Shown here: one piece after another, positions 63,175-64,000 of the stretch
Layout: every line of letters starts with the position of its first letter
How positions within the stretch are numbered: position 1 is the stretch's first letter
Origin: Ostrea edulis
Lineage: Eukaryota
Length of the DNA stretch: 64,000 nucleotides
Reading direction: 5' to 3'
Assembly (NCBI RefSeq): GCF_947568905.1
Contig: NC_079170.1
Span: 80,786,001 to 80,850,000 of the forward strand
Position numbers and translations under genes: made by a program
Notes under the pieces: model-generated
The model's input: only the letters and a program-made list of their open reading frames with translations
Database searches by the model: none
Told to the model about the DNA's origin: nothing

Positions 63175-63595
63175 CTTTATATTTCGAACGCTTCTTTGAT
63201 GACGTGGATCCACCTGGTGACCTCTGACCCTCCGACGTGGTACATGTATCCGCCAAAGTAGATTGACTGTCACAAGAGGAAATACGTCCACTGAAATCGT
63301 CCGATTCACTGTTTTTCGTTGAAGAAACATTCTTTCCACACGTGAATTTTTCCTGTTCTGACATCTGATTGGATGAATGCGTACCAGATATCATTTGATT
63401 GGCTGGATATATTTGGTCTTCTTTATAAATACTAACTTCACTCGCACACTCTGCGTTGTTGTTTCGGGGACTCCCGTGTGAGGGGGAGGGGGAAGTTCTA
63501 ATCCTCGACATCCCTGGGTCACTGTGATATCTCGGAGAACAACTCTCTCTCCCGACCTCTACAGTGACGTCAGACTTGACTCTACTGCATGTCCT
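63175..63595 (-). CDS. Kelch-repeat protein exon encoding a Ser/Asp/Glu-rich low-complexity segment; gene continues off the right edge
   Basis: Acceptor TTTTGCAG at 63596-63598, donor AAAG|GTTTGA at 63174, phase 0 to 1, in frame with the downstream Kelch exons. Confidence 0.75.
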
Positions 63596-63607
63596 CTGCA
63601 AAACATA

Positions 63608-64000
63608 CACCATTATATACTTATATCATTATATACTTAAATCATTATATACTTATATCATTATATACTTTATCATTATTTACTTACATCATTATATACT
63701 TATATCATTAGTTACTTATATCATTATATACTTATATCATTATTTACTTATATCATTATATACTTATATCATTAGTTACTTATATCATTATATACTTATA
63801 TCATTATATACTTTATCATTATTTACTTATATCATTATATACTTATATCATTATATACTTAAATCATTATATATTTTATCATTATTTACTTATATCATTA
63901 TATACTTATATCATTATATACTTATATCATTATATACTTACATCATTATATACTTACATCATTATTTACTTATATCATTATATACTTAAATCATTATATA
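63608..64000. repeat. AT-rich low-complexity tandem repeat (variable CATTATATACTTATAT units)
   Basis: Visible by eye; runs to the window edge. Confidence 0.9.

Overview
Eukaryotic, AT-rich, repeat-dense animal DNA; the repeat families resemble those of bivalves, most likely an oyster (inference). Two host genes are partly present, both on the minus strand: three 5' coding exons of an ABCA3-like transporter (5587 to 1699, running off the left edge) and six 3' coding exons of a Kelch-repeat protein (63595 to 57090, entering from the right edge). The ~50 kb between them is mostly transposon-derived: Helentron/HINE-type elements with internal satellites, tRNA-type SINEs, MITEs with 9-bp TSDs, a solo LTR, a BEL/Pao relic, foldback-like elements, minisatellites and one 182-N gap. 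Three structures stand out. (1) A near-intact 5.36-kb APE-RT LINE sits exactly between two ~3.48-kb direct repeats, with no short TSD. (2) A composite element has two apparently identical 651-bp direct repeats, each with its own TIRs, around a 1.04-kb core (KolobokP-like). (3) A CR1 LINE bounded by a 10-bp TSD carries a 2A-like GDIEENPGP motif and is split by a later HINE insertion. Several tandem arrays visibly derive from pieces of SINE- or MITE-type elements. All of this was read by eye; no alignments or database searches were run.
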